Origin: an uncultured Mucilaginibacter sp.
Lineage (GTDB): Bacteria > Bacteroidota > Bacteroidia > Sphingobacteriales > Sphingobacteriaceae
Assembly: GCF_937859865.1 (NCBI RefSeq)
Contig: NZ_CALMAT010000092.1
Span: 46,198 to 110,197 of the forward strand
DNA length: 64,000 bases
Direction: 5' to 3'
Position 1 is the first letter of the stretch. Every line of letters starts with the position of its first letter. This document shows positions 46,272-55,413 of this stretch, piece after piece. The notes beneath the pieces were generated by a model. The model was not told the origin of the DNA and made no database searches. It saw only the letters and a list, made by a program, of their open reading frames with translations. A program made the position numbers and the translations under genes.

Positions 46272-48128
46272 TTACATCACCCGCACCTTTAAAAAACTTG
46301 GTTCTGTTTTAGAAGTATAAACTTTCATGGTTGCTTTTTGAAAATCAGTAGGCGTAGCTTGCATAACATTCATAAACTTTTGCGGGTTGCGGTCAATCAA
46401 AGGAAACCAAGTGCTTTGGATTTGCACCATCACCCGATGGCCTTTTTTAAAGGTGTGCAACACATCCTGCAACTCAAAATTAACCGGCGTAACTTTTCCG
46501 GGAACAAAAGGCTCCGGTTTAGAAAAACTGTTGCGGTATTTGCCGCGCATAGCCTCGCTCCGCACCATTTGCTCGTAATGCGACAATTGCACATTTTGCC
46601 CGGTAAAAGAAGTATTCTTGGTGGAATCAGGATAAACATCAATCACTTTCACTACCCAATCGGCATCGGTTCCCGTAGTCGAAACTTTTAAATTGGCCCA
46701 GATATTTCCGGCCAAAGTTAAATCATCACTTAAAATATCCGTTTGATAAGTTAAAACATCGGGTCGGGTTGTTACAAAACGCTGGTCGGCCGTCATGTAT
46801 TCGCGGTCCATGTCCATCGAAGTGTTGCTGAGAAAAGGGACAGGTTTGTTCGGGTCAGAAATATAGCTGTTAAAAGAAGCATTGGTTTTTGGCGGATCGA
46901 AAGAAAGTTTTCCGTTGGACAGGAAATACAAGTTTTTCTCCTGCGCTTCTTTTGCTGGCCATGTTTTATAGGTTTTCCATTGGTTGGAACCCGTTTCGAA
47001 AACAGAAACCGGCTGCAAATCCGTCTGTGTTCCTTTTAAATAATGACTGAAGAATTTAAACTCAATATTTTCCCGATAGTAAGCTGCCGTTGCCGAACCA
47101 AAACCAACATCGCCCAAATGATCGCCATTGCCTCTCGCCCAACCGCCGTGAACCCATGGGCCCATCGCAAAGTAAGCAGGCGTTGTCGGGTTATTTTTCA
47201 CAATAGTTTTATACGTGTTGATGGCACCGTACAAATCTTCCGCATCGTACCAGCCGCCTGTTACCAAAACTGCGGTTTTGATGTTGGTTAAATGCGGCAA
47301 TACGTTTCGGTCTTTCCAGTGTTGGTCGTAATCCGGGTGGTCCAGCATTTCGTTCCACAAACGGATTGTATCCTTATAATACAATGTGTTCGAGTTTTTC
47401 ATCGTGGCCATCCGCAGGAAAAAATCGTAGCCATCTTCTGTTCCGGCGTTAAATTCTGTTGCCTGACGTTGCGTCGGCTTGTCATCCTGCCGATTGGTAA
47501 AACCTGGATAAAAACCGAAGTTGGCCACCAGCATAAAAGCACCATTGTGGAAAGCATCATCGCGGTACAAATCCGCAATTGGTGCCTGCGGAGAAGCGGC
47601 AACCAGTGCTGGGTGCCGACTTAACAAAGCGGTTGTAGTATAAAACCCGGGATAAGAAATCCCCCAAACGCCAACTTTTCCATTGTTATTGGGAACATTT
47701 TTCAGCAGCCAGTCGATCGTATCATAAGTATCCGTGCTTTCGTCCACATCGTTTTTGGTGGGATGCACATCCTTTTCCGGTGTCATTTCCTCATAAATGC
47801 CTTCGCTCATCCACCGGCCGCGCACATCCTGGTAAACAAAAATATAACCATCATGCAAAAACAATGGCGAAGGGCCTAAGGAACGCCGGTACTGATCGGC
47901 TCCGTACGGTGCAACGCTGTACGGCGTACGGTCCATCATCAGCGGATATTTTTTGGATTTATCTTTCGGCACATAAACTGAAGTAAACAGCTTTTTGCCG
48001 TCGCGCATCGGGATTTGGTATTCGAATTTCTGGTAATTGGCTTTTACATACACAGAATCGGCATTTACTTGGGCGGAAACTTGCCTAAAAAACAGGCATA
48101 AAAGAAGCATCGCGGCTATTTTTTTCAT
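46272..48128 (-). CDS. CocE/NonD-family hydrolase (X-Pro dipeptidyl-peptidase S15-like)
   Basis: DRTPYS, VGVWGISYPGFY nucleophile elbow and a C-terminal jelly-roll domain. The ATG at 48128 gives the signal peptide MKKIAAMLLLCLFF. Confidence 0.85.
   Translation of the reverse strand: MKKIAAMLLLCLFFRQVSAQVNADSVYVKANYQKFEYQIPMRDGKKLFTSVYVPKDKSKKYPLMMDRTPYSVAPYGADQYRRSLGPSPLFLHDGYIFVYQDVRGRWMSEGIYEEMTPEKDVHPTKNDVDESTDTYDTIDWLLKNVPNNNGKVGVWGISYPGFYTTTALLSRHPALVAASPQAPIADLYRDDAFHNGAFMLVANFGFYPGFTNRQDDKPTQRQATEFNAGTEDGYDFFLRMATMKNSNTLYYKDTIRLWNEMLDHPDYDQHWKDRNVLPHLTNIKTAVLVTGGWYDAEDLYGAINTYKTIVKNNPTTPAYFAMGPWVHGGWARGNGDHLGDVGFGSATAAYYRENIEFKFFSHYLKGTQTDLQPVSVFETGSNQWKTYKTWPAKEAQEKNLYFLSNGKLSFDPPKTNASFNSYISDPNKPVPFLSNTSMDMDREYMTADQRFVTTRPDVLTYQTDILSDDLTLAGNIWANLKVSTTGTDADWVVKVIDVYPDSTKNTSFTGQNVQLSHYEQMVRSEAMRGKYRNSFSKPEPFVPGKVTPVNFELQDVLHTFKKGHRVMVQIQSTWFPLIDRNPQKFMNVMQATPTDFQKATMKVYTSKTEPSFLKVRVM
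46591..46617 (+). repeat. near-full DRM inside the CocE/NonD CDS (antisense)
   Basis: acattttgcccggtaaaagaagtattc; on the gene strand it encodes KNTSFTGQN. Confidence 0.65.
46861..46883 (+). repeat. DRM core inside the CocE/NonD CDS (antisense)
   Basis: atatagctgttaaaagaagcatt; on the gene strand it encodes NASFNSY. Confidence 0.6.
48087..48111 (+). repeat. DRM inside the CocE/NonD signal-peptide codons; 33 nt upstream of the divergent MNT gene
   Basis: aaaaaacaggcataaaagaagcatc; on the gene strand it encodes AMLLLCLFF. Confidence 0.65.
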
Positions 48129-48143
48129 CAGAAAATCAATTTT

Positions 48144-48470
48144 ATGTATAAGCAGCATTTGGATATATTTGTTCTGATGAAAAGAAGGGAACAAATTATT
48201 TTTTGGATCAGCGCTATTTTGAAAAAAAACCTTGCTGGTTTAAACTATCGTGCTTTTATTTTTGGTTCCCAGGCAAATCTGACCGAATTAAAAAGATCAG
48301 ATATAGATATTGGTTTGATTGGCAATGAACCAATTTCACCTAAATATTTAGCTGCAATTGAGGAAGAAATAGAAAACTTGCCGATGTTGTACAAAATTGA
48401 TTTGGTAAATTTTAATGAGGTAGATGAACGTTTTAAAACTATTGCCTTAAAAAATGCAGAATGGCTGTGA
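48144..48470 (+). CDS. MNT-type nucleotidyltransferase (HI0073-like; antitoxin of a HepT/MNT pair)
   Basis: FGSQANLTELKRSDIDIG matches the GSx10-20DxD Pol-beta NTase motif. Start is 48144 or 48177. Confidence 0.75.
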   Translation: MYKQHLDIFVLMKRREQIIFWISAILKKNLAGLNYRAFIFGSQANLTELKRSDIDIGLIGNEPISPKYLAAIEEEIENLPMLYKIDLVNFNEVDERFKTIALKNAEWL

Positions 48471-48853
48471 ATGATTATTTTGAAGATAAGCTCGAAACTT
48501 TTGAACAAGCTTTATCAACTTTTAAAGAAGGCTTGCTTCCACAGCCTTCTTTGTTAGAGCGGGACGGTGCAATCCAACGCTTCGAATATTGCTTTGACCT
48601 TTCCTGGAAAACCTTAAAACGCTTTTTGGAAAAACGCGGTTTGATGGATTTGAATAGTCCGCGGTCTGTTTTCGCTGCTGCTTATGCTGAAAGTATCATT
48701 AATGATGAACAAGTTTGGGCAAACATTATTTTAAAACGAAACGCATCTGTCCATACTTATAACCAGAAAATGGCCAATGCTTTATTTGAGTTATTACCCA
48801 GTTATTATGAAGTTATGCGTAATTTATTTTTTAAGATGAAAGAGATGGCTTAG
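48461..48853 (+). CDS. HI0074-family nucleotidyltransferase substrate-binding protein (HepT-like toxin)
   Basis: IQRFEYCFDLSWKTLKRFL and RNASVHTYN motifs. Overlaps the NTase gene by 10 nt. Confidence 0.8.
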   Translation: MAVNDYFEDKLETFEQALSTFKEGLLPQPSLLERDGAIQRFEYCFDLSWKTLKRFLEKRGLMDLNSPRSVFAAAYAESIINDEQVWANIILKRNASVHTYNQKMANALFELLPSYYEVMRNLFFKMKEMA

Positions 48854-48868
48854 CATTTGTATCGCAAA

Positions 48869-49106
48869 TCATTTTTTCCGCCGCCATGCTTCTTCCCTTA
48901 ACTTTTTAGCATCCAAGTTTTTACCAGTAAACACTTTACTTAATTCAGAAAGATCAGCGGTTGGATCAACTCGTATTATCGTTACCCCCATTTACAGAAT
49001 ACTTGTTATCTTTCTCTTCGATTATTTCAAAATCAAAATATACTGCCAACGCTTTTAATATTTTTAAAGTTTCCGGTTTTTGGTAGATGATAGTTACTTC
49101 TGGCAT
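48869..49106 (-). pseudogene. small ORF interrupted by a +1 frameshift in a C5/G5 homopolymer
   Basis: My translation gives MPEVTIIYQKPETLKILKALAVYFDFEIIEEKDNKYSVNG, then a stop 5 codons later. Removing one G in the run at 48985-48989 continues as VTIIRVDPTADLSELSKVFTGKNLDAKKLREEAWRRKK, with the stop at 48869. Confidence 0.3.
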
Positions 49107-49145
49107 GTTTTTGATTTTGATATAAAGTTAAAAAGAAGCCATCCT

Positions 49146-49179
49146 AAAAAAGCCTCTGCCAAAATTGGCAAAGGCTTTT
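49146..49179 (-). terminator. rho-independent terminator of pgk
   Basis: The minus strand reads aaaagcctttgcc-aatttt-ggcagaggctttttt. Confidence 0.75.
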
Positions 49180-49211
49180 CATACTGTTTTTATGCCGATA
49201 AAAACAGCATC
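49180..49211. repeat. compact palindromic DRM pair (ACAG variant) overlapping the pgk stop
   Basis: catactgtttttat-gccg-ataaaaacagcatc. Confidence 0.9.
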
Positions 49212-50400
49212 AGTCATTGATCGCTTTTACGCCCGGCAACTCCTTGCCTTCCATGTATTCCAGCAACGCGCCGCCGCCGGTAGAAACATAACTCACTTTT
49301 GAAGTCAGGTTGAACTTAGAGATCGCTGCCGCCGAATCGCCGCCGCCAATCAAAGAGAACGCGCCGTTTTGGGTTGCTTTTACAATAGCTTCGGCAACAG
49401 CTTTGGTCCCTTTTTCAAAATTATCCATTTCGAAAACGCCCATCGGCCCGTTCCATAAAATGGTTTTTGATGCTTCAATTACTTTGGAAAACGCTTCCAC
49501 AGATTCTGGGCCGATATCCAAGCCCATCCAGTTGTCTTCAATTTGGCCAGTTTTGGCTATTTTGGTGTTCGCATCGTTGGCAAACTTATCTGCCACAACA
49601 TTATCAATCGGTAAAAAAAGTTGAACGCCTTTTTCTTTTGCTTTTTGCTGCAAACTGGTGGCTAAATCCAATTTGTCCATTTCCACCAAAGAAGTACCGA
49701 TATTGCCGCCGTCGGCTTTTGCAAAAGTATAAGCCATGCCGCCGCCGATGATCAAATTGTCCACTTTATCCAGCAAACGCTCAATCAGTTTTATTTTGTC
49801 GGAAACTTTTGAACCGCCCATAATTGCTGTGAATGGCCTTGCCGGGTTGTTCAGCACTTTTTCTGCATTTTCCAGTTCCGAAGCCATTAAGTAGCCGAAG
49901 TATTTGGCATCCGGGAAAAACTGGGCAATTACTGATGTGGAAGCGTGTGCACGATGCGCCGTTCCGAAAGCATCGTTTACATAAACATTGCCCAGAGCGG
50001 CCAGTTTTTTGGCAAATTCGACATCGCCTTTTTCTTCTTCTTTGTAAAAACGCAAATTTTCGAGCAATAAAACTTCGCCCGGCTGCAAAGCTTTTGCTTT
50101 GTCAATCGCTTCCTGGCCAATGCAATCATTCGCAAATTCTACCTGCTGGCCCAACAAATCTGATAAATGCGGAACAATGTGTTTTAAAGAAAACTCTTCT
50201 GTCGGGCCATTTTTTGGGCGTCCCAAATGCGACATCAGAATAATTGCGCCGCCATCTTTCAAAATCTTTTTGATGGTTGGCAAAGCGGCCGTAATGCGGT
50301 TGTCATCTGTAATATTAAAATCTTTATCCAGCGGAACATTAAAATCTACGCGGATCAAAACTTTTTTGTTGGCAAAGTTGGCCTGGTCAATTGTTTTCAT
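49210..50400 (-). CDS. pgk: phosphoglycerate kinase
   Basis: Full-length Pgk ([21 protein letters not shown]). Confidence 0.97.
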   Translation of the reverse strand: MKTIDQANFANKKVLIRVDFNVPLDKDFNITDDNRITAALPTIKKILKDGGAIILMSHLGRPKNGPTEEFSLKHIVPHLSDLLGQQVEFANDCIGQEAIDKAKALQPGEVLLLENLRFYKEEEKGDVEFAKKLAALGNVYVNDAFGTAHRAHASTSVIAQFFPDAKYFGYLMASELENAEKVLNNPARPFTAIMGGSKVSDKIKLIERLLDKVDNLIIGGGMAYTFAKADGGNIGTSLVEMDKLDLATSLQQKAKEKGVQLFLPIDNVVADKFANDANTKIAKTGQIEDNWMGLDIGPESVEAFSKVIEASKTILWNGPMGVFEMDNFEKGTKAVAEAIVKATQNGAFSLIGGGDSAAAISKFNLTSKVSYVSTGGGALLEYMEGKELPGVKAIND

Positions 50401-50474
50401 AGAAATGGGTTAAGGTTGGAAAAGTACAAAATTGATGTTAAGTTTAGCTACGCTGATAACAACGCCTTTTTGCC

Positions 50475-50506
50475 GATGCTGTTTTTATGCCGGTAAAAAC
50501 AGTATC
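50475..50506. repeat. compact palindromic DRM pair (ACAG variant) overlapping the GNAT stop
   Basis: gatgctgtttttat-gccg-gtaaaaacagtatc. Confidence 0.9.
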
Positions 50507-50939
50507 AGCGGATTTTAAGGTACATCATGTGGTGCGGGCCGATGCCGGGAACGTCAAATTCATCCGAAATAATTTCAAAACCGATGCCTTTATAAAAGTT
50601 AAGCGCAACTTTGCGTGCGTTGCACCATAAGTAATTGATCTGTTGGCCGCGTAAATAAACAATGGCAAAATTGAGCAGTTGGTTGCCTTTTCCTTTTCCC
50701 TGAAAAGCCGGAACTGTGGCCATGCCGCGCAACTGATAACCTTTGCCGATGTGGCCTTCCACATTTTGCGGATGGAACGAGGCAATGGATGTGAGCAAAT
50801 TTTCCTCAAAATTCCCCAGATGGAAAGCGCCTTCGTTTAGATCGGATGGAAAACGGCATTCGTCCAAAGTTAATTTTCCTTCGCGCAGCACATCATTTCT
50901 GATGGCCAATACTTCTTTTACCGGTATAAATTTGATCAT
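50505..50939 (-). CDS. GNAT-family N-acetyltransferase
   Basis: QLRGMATVPAFQGKGKGNQLL acetyl-CoA-binding motif. Confidence 0.85.
   Translation of the reverse strand: MIKFIPVKEVLAIRNDVLREGKLTLDECRFPSDLNEGAFHLGNFEENLLTSIASFHPQNVEGHIGKGYQLRGMATVPAFQGKGKGNQLLNFAIVYLRGQQINYLWCNARKVALNFYKGIGFEIISDEFDVPGIGPHHMMYLKIR
50908..50933 (-). repeat. full-length DRM forming codons 3-11 of the GNAT gene
   Basis: The gene strand reads ATGatcaaatttataccggtaaaagaagtatt, encoding MIKFIPVKEVL. Confidence 0.8.
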
Positions 50940-50972
50940 ATTTTTTGTTGGTTGTGTTGATTTTTATGCTTG

Positions 50973-50999
50973 AAATGCTGTTTTTACGCCTGAAAAGTT
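50973..50999 (-). repeat. DRM, reverse (ACAG variant)
   Basis: aaatgctgtttttacgcctgaaaagtt; 34 nt upstream of the GNAT ATG. Confidence 0.7.
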
Positions 51000-51056
51000 C
51001 AAATATAACAGAACCGGGTTGTTTCTTCGGAACGAAAAAAGTATTGGCACCACACC

Positions 51057-51082
51057 AATTTTTATGTGGTAAAAGAAGCATC
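51057..51082 (+). repeat. DRM, forward
   Basis: aatttttatgtggtaaaagaagcatc; 80 nt upstream of the ATG at 51162. Confidence 0.85.
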
Positions 51083-51161
51083 CGCTGGTTTTTGGTTTTG
51101 CTGAAACCGCTTTGGCATTTTTATTGGCTATTCCTCAACAGAACAACAAAACGATAAAGCT

Positions 51162-51524
51162 ATGTTTACCATCACTCCATTACGCGATAAAATCATCAAA
51201 ATGATCCTGAACAACCCTGTTCCTAACCGCAACACGGATATCATCAACCCTTTTATGATTTGGAGCATTACTTTCTTTTTCGGCAAATACCAATCTGTTT
51301 TGGTAAACGAACTGTACAAAAAAGGCTTGATTGAACTGCACGGCGATGTTGAATTGTTTATGCAGGCAAAAAAAATAAGCGACACCAAATATTTGAAAGT
51401 TGCGGCTTCCATCACCAAAAAAGGAATGGCGTATTATAAAATCCATATCCAAAAAGAAGCACCTGTACAACAGGAACTTCGGTTCAAAGAATTCCCGCAA
51501 ACCAAATTACGCCTGGTGCTTTAA
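51162..51524 (+). CDS. hypothetical protein
   Basis: 120-aa ORF with no recognisable motif. The opposite-strand ORFs are shorter and overlap it. Confidence 0.35.
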   Translation: MFTITPLRDKIIKMILNNPVPNRNTDIINPFMIWSITFFFGKYQSVLVNELYKKGLIELHGDVELFMQAKKISDTKYLKVAASITKKGMAYYKIHIQKEAPVQQELRFKEFPQTKLRLVL

Positions 51525-51629
51525 TCGAAAACCAAATACCAATTATAAACCTGGATCGGAGAATAAAGCCTTTTATTTTTTGATTGATTCGGAAAGGGGG
51601 CGCGGGTAATTCCGGCTCCTTTTTTTGGT

Positions 51630-52634
51630 TTAATATACTTCTTTTAGCAGGGCAATTTTCGCCACCAAATCTGCCAACCGGCTGGAGTAACCCATTTCGT
51701 TGTCGTACCAACCAACAACTTTAACCAAGCTGCCCACGATAGAAGTTAACTGTGCATCAAAAATGCAACTGTGCGGGTTATCCAAAATATCAACAGAAAC
51801 AATCGGGTCTTCGGTGTATTCTAAAATATTTTTAAGAAAGCCTTGCGAAGCTTTTAAAAATGCGGCATTGATTTCTTTCACGGTTGCCGGCTTTTTCAAC
51901 GTGCAGGTAAAATCGGTTAACGAACCGTTTAGAACCGGAACACGGATGCCGGCGCCGCCCAGCTTGCCTTCCAAATGCGGAAAAACATTGGTTACCGCTT
52001 TTGCCGCGCCGGTTGTGGTTGGGATGATGGAGCTGGAAGCGGCACGTGCCCGGCGCAGATCTTTATGCGGCGCGTCGTGCAGGTTTTGGTCGCTCGTCAT
52101 GGAATGCACGGTGGTGATGTAACCGTCCTGCACCTCCCAGTTATCATCCAAAATTTTCAGCATGGGCGCCACATTGTTGGTGGTGCAGGAAGCGTTGGAA
52201 AGAATGGGCGAACTCAAATCAATCGTATCGTCATTAACGCCGAGAATTACGGTTGGGATATTTTTATCGGGAGAAGGCGCCGAAATGATGACTTGCTTTG
52301 CCCCTGCCTGCAAATGCAGAGCTGCTTTGGCTTCGGTGATAAATTTTCCCGTTGATTCGATCACCAAATCTATTTCCAAAGCTTTCCAGGGAAGTTGCAG
52401 CGGATCTGCTTCGCGAAAAACCCGGATGCTTTTGTTATTGATGATCAAACGGTTTTCATCAAACTTAACCTCGCCTTTAAAACCGCGGTGAACGGAATCG
52501 TATTTAAAAAGATGGGCCAGCGTTTTGGTATCGGCCAGATCGTTTATGGCAACTACTTCAATATCCGGATGGCGTAAAATGTTCCTTAAAAAAACGCGTC
52601 CAATCCGCCCAAAACCGTTAACTGCAATTTTCAT
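51630..52634 (-). CDS. gap: type I glyceraldehyde-3-phosphate dehydrogenase
   Basis: MKIAVNGFGRIGR and SNASCTTN active-site motif. Confidence 0.95.
   Translation of the reverse strand: MKIAVNGFGRIGRVFLRNILRHPDIEVVAINDLADTKTLAHLFKYDSVHRGFKGEVKFDENRLIINNKSIRVFREADPLQLPWKALEIDLVIESTGKFITEAKAALHLQAGAKQVIISAPSPDKNIPTVILGVNDDTIDLSSPILSNASCTTNNVAPMLKILDDNWEVQDGYITTVHSMTSDQNLHDAPHKDLRRARAASSSIIPTTTGAAKAVTNVFPHLEGKLGGAGIRVPVLNGSLTDFTCTLKKPATVKEINAAFLKASQGFLKNILEYTEDPIVSVDILDNPHSCIFDAQLTSIVGSLVKVVGWYDNEMGYSSRLADLVAKIALLKEVY
51633..51659 (-). repeat. DRM forming the last codons of gap
   Basis: The gene strand reads aaaattgccctgctaaaagaagtatatTAA, encoding KIALLKEVY-stop. Confidence 0.7.
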
Positions 52635-52637
52635 CTT

Positions 52638-52663
52638 TATGCTTTTTTTATCGGCACAAAGTT
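52638..52663 (-). repeat. DRM variant immediately upstream of the gap start
   Basis: The gene strand reads aactttgtgccgataaaaaaagcata, then aag ATG. Confidence 0.65.
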
Positions 52664-52684
52664 ATTAAAGATGAAGCAAAAGCG

Positions 52685-53770
52685 TTAACTTATTAAATTG
52701 CCGGCAGGAAAGGCTTGTTTTGTTTTTAAATGAAGAACCAATGTTAAGCAAGCATTTAAAACGATAAAAATCCCGGCAAAAAGCAACAAGAGTAATTGGT
52801 TATCCGCTTCTTTTAAAACAAATGCCAACGCAATAAAAACGATATTGACTGCTGCCAGAATGGAAGTGGTTTGGATATGGCTTAAACCTAAGCGTAACAA
52901 ACGGTGATGGATGTGGTTACGATCGGGTTTGAAAGGGGATTTTTTGTTAGCGATACGGATGGCGATGACCGATAAAGTATCAAACGTTGGGACAATAAGT
53001 ACGGCAACTGCAAAAGCAGGGGCCGCATGAATACTGTAAAAAGAAGATGCTTCGTTTATCGCTATAAATTTGATGGCAAAAACAGCGCAAATTAACCCAA
53101 GCACCAACGAGCCGCAATCGCCCATAAAAACTTTAGAAGGCGAATAGTTGTAACCTAAAAAAGCAAGCAGTGCGGCAGCGGCAGACAGCGCAAGCTTTGC
53201 TAAACTAACTTCTCCTGCAAGCATAAAATAATAGGCAAATGCCCCGCAGGCGATTACACCTAACGTACCTGCAAGCCCGTCAATCCCATCAATCAGGTTA
53301 AAGGAATTAATGATAAACATGATGACAAACGCGGAGAAAAACACACTTTCTAAGTAACTTAACTGGCTGATATTAAACACACCATGCAAGTTGGTAATAC
53401 GGATGTTGCCGGGAACGGTAATGATTAAACTAACAATTGCTTGTACAGCTAATTTACTACGGCAGCGCATGCCCGAGAGATCGTCTTTTAAACCGGCCAT
53501 AAACATAATTGTACCGGCAGCGTAAAGCTCGTACATAGGCATAGCGGTTGCATCTTTGGCAATCAAAAATAAAGAAGTTAAAACGATGCTGATAAAAAAA
53601 GCAACGCCGCCCAAACGCGGTATGCCATAACCATGGTCTTTGCGGGAAAGTGTATGGTCATCGAAAAGTTGGTATTGTTGAGCCACACGGATAACCGAGG
53701 GCATAATTACCAACACAAACAGAAAAGATATTGCTACAACAAGCAAATAATAAACCGCTGGAAACATCAT
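52685..53770 (-). CDS. glycosyltransferase family 4 (MraY/WecA-like polyprenyl-phosphate N-acetylhexosamine-1-phosphate transferase)
   Basis: Polytopic membrane protein with NSFNLIDGIDGLA and MGDCGS motifs. Start ambiguous (GTG 53776, ATG 53770 or 53767). Confidence 0.85.
   Translation of the reverse strand: MMFPAVYYLLVVAISFLFVLVIMPSVIRVAQQYQLFDDHTLSRKDHGYGIPRLGGVAFFISIVLTSLFLIAKDATAMPMYELYAAGTIMFMAGLKDDLSGMRCRSKLAVQAIVSLIITVPGNIRITNLHGVFNISQLSYLESVFFSAFVIMFIINSFNLIDGIDGLAGTLGVIACGAFAYYFMLAGEVSLAKLALSAAAALLAFLGYNYSPSKVFMGDCGSLVLGLICAVFAIKFIAINEASSFYSIHAAPAFAVAVLIVPTFDTLSVIAIRIANKKSPFKPDRNHIHHRLLRLGLSHIQTTSILAAVNIVFIALAFVLKEADNQLLLLLFAGIFIVLNACLTLVLHLKTKQAFPAGNLIS
53046..53071 (-). repeat. 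DRM-like sequence inside the WecA-like CDS
   Basis: The gene strand reads aaatttatagcgataaacgaagcatc, encoding KFIAINEAS. Confidence 0.55.
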
Positions 53771-53823
53771 AACCACATTAATATTTTTTTCAAAGACAAT
53801 AATATTAATTTATAATTAATATT

Positions 53824-54564
53824 TTATCCTAAAAACTGAAATATTTTTTGCAACGGCTTTAATATTACTGCTACAAAAGGTGCCCGCAAACGGTGCATTT
53901 TCATAGCCTTAAAATCGTTGATGTTTCCTATTACGTGGTTTAAAATGCTTTTGTTACTTATTCCGCCAGTTAACATTTTTATAAAAACATGGTCAACATG
54001 GTGGGTTTTGATGCGATGGCGGTAAAAAAATCTAAGTATCAGTTCATAATCTGCCGCTGTGCCGAAATCCAGGCGATAATTGCCAAAGCGGTTATAAACC
54101 TCTTTTTTGATGAACAAAGCCGGGTGCGGCGGCATCCAACCAAGCTCCAGTAAAGTGCGTTTACAAGGTTTTGACAGCCATTTACGCACAATTTGCTGCT
54201 TTTCGTTCAAAAAAACCAGGTTTCCATAAACAGCGTCAACCTGTTTTTCCTTAAAATTATCGGCAACAATGCGCAATGTGTTTCGCCCTGCAAAGCAATC
54301 ATTGGCATGCAGCACACCTATAATATCGCCGCTTGCCTTTGCAATGCCTTTGTTTAAAGCATCATAAATCCCGTGGTCAGGTTCAGAAATAAAGTGATGG
54401 ATATGGGGAAGGTATTGTTTAATCAGGTCAACGGTTCCATCTTTCGACCCGCCATCTATAACCAAATACTCCACATCTTCGTAATCCTGTTCCATCACAG
54501 AATGGATAGAGGATTCGATGGTAGAAACTGCGTTGTAGCAAACCGTGATAACCGAGACCTTCAT
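53824..54564 (-). CDS. glycosyltransferase family 2
   Basis: VSVITVCYNAVSTIESSIHSVMEQDYEDVEYLVIDGGSKDGT. Confidence 0.85.
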   Translation of the reverse strand: MKVSVITVCYNAVSTIESSIHSVMEQDYEDVEYLVIDGGSKDGTVDLIKQYLPHIHHFISEPDHGIYDALNKGIAKASGDIIGVLHANDCFAGRNTLRIVADNFKEKQVDAVYGNLVFLNEKQQIVRKWLSKPCKRTLLELGWMPPHPALFIKKEVYNRFGNYRLDFGTAADYELILRFFYRHRIKTHHVDHVFIKMLTGGISNKSILNHVIGNINDFKAMKMHRLRAPFVAVILKPLQKIFQFLG

Positions 54565-54645
54565 TTAGCAAAGTATACAAAGAAAAATAATATTGTTAAA
54601 AATATTTGCCATTATAAATTTTAACTAATAGTTTAACCGATATTT

Positions 54646-55413
54646 ATGAAAACCATATTGCCCTGCCGCATAAAGCCGATACTGTTTTTAGCCCTATTTT
54701 TTTTGTCTTCCTGTGCTTACAAGCAGCAGCACGCTTTGTTTAAAACCGATGTGCCGCAACCGGTTGCCACTGTGCCGAATCCTGTTTATCCAACTTACAA
54801 AATCTGCCCCGGCGATTTGCTCCAGATACGGAACCTGCAAAATATAAAATACATTGCCGAAGAACAAACCGGTTCGGCAGTTGCTACACAAGCGCCCAAT
54901 TATCAGGTGGAAGAAGACGGAACAGTTGCCCTGCCCGCTTTGGGCCGTATTGCTGTTGCCGGGCTGACCAAGTTGCAGGCCGCCCGAAAAATCGAAGAAC
55001 TGTACAAATCGAGCCTGTTAAAAGATCCTATTATTGACCTTAAAATTATTAATCTAAAAGTAACTATTTTGGGCGAAGTGCGTACACAAGGCAATTACTT
55101 GTTGCTAAAAGATAAAACAAACCTGGTAGATATGATTGGCGAAGCAGGCGGGCTAACCGACAAAGCAAACGAAAAAACGATACAAATTATCCGCGGCGAT
55201 AAAGCAAACCCGCAGGTAATTGTGGCCGATTTGAACAACATTAAAACGCTGGCAAAGCTGGATTTAAACCTGCAAAATGGCGATATTATTTATGTTTCCC
55301 AAAACAAGCGCACCGTCCGCAACGAATCTATGCAAAACGTTTCTACTATTGTACAGGCAGCTTTGGTTTTTCTGAACACGGCACTCATCATCTACACGCT
55401 TACCAAAAAATAA
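54646..55413 (+). CDS. polysaccharide export outer-membrane protein (Wza-like)
   Basis: LSSC lipobox, Poly_export motif (YKICPGDLLQIR) and an SLBB-like region. Confidence 0.85.
   Translation: MKTILPCRIKPILFLALFFLSSCAYKQQHALFKTDVPQPVATVPNPVYPTYKICPGDLLQIRNLQNIKYIAEEQTGSAVATQAPNYQVEEDGTVALPALGRIAVAGLTKLQAARKIEELYKSSLLKDPIIDLKIINLKVTILGEVRTQGNYLLLKDKTNLVDMIGEAGGLTDKANEKTIQIIRGDKANPQVIVADLNNIKTLAKLDLNLQNGDIIYVSQNKRTVRNESMQNVSTIVQAALVFLNTALIIYTLTKK

Noticed and set aside
51590-51628. gggggcgcgggtaattccggctcc followed by a T7 run, as a terminator after the hypothetical gene at 51162.
   Set aside because: The stem pairs at only about 6 of 8 positions, so the terminator call is weak. It is left unannotated.
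2844-52663. Motif as the Bacteroidota sigma-A promoter (TTTG at -33, TAnnTTTG at -7).
   Set aside because: Neither orientation of the consensus contains a consistent TAnnTTTG or a correctly spaced TTTG. Only isolated copies (for example cataaatttgg at 43730) resemble it by chance.
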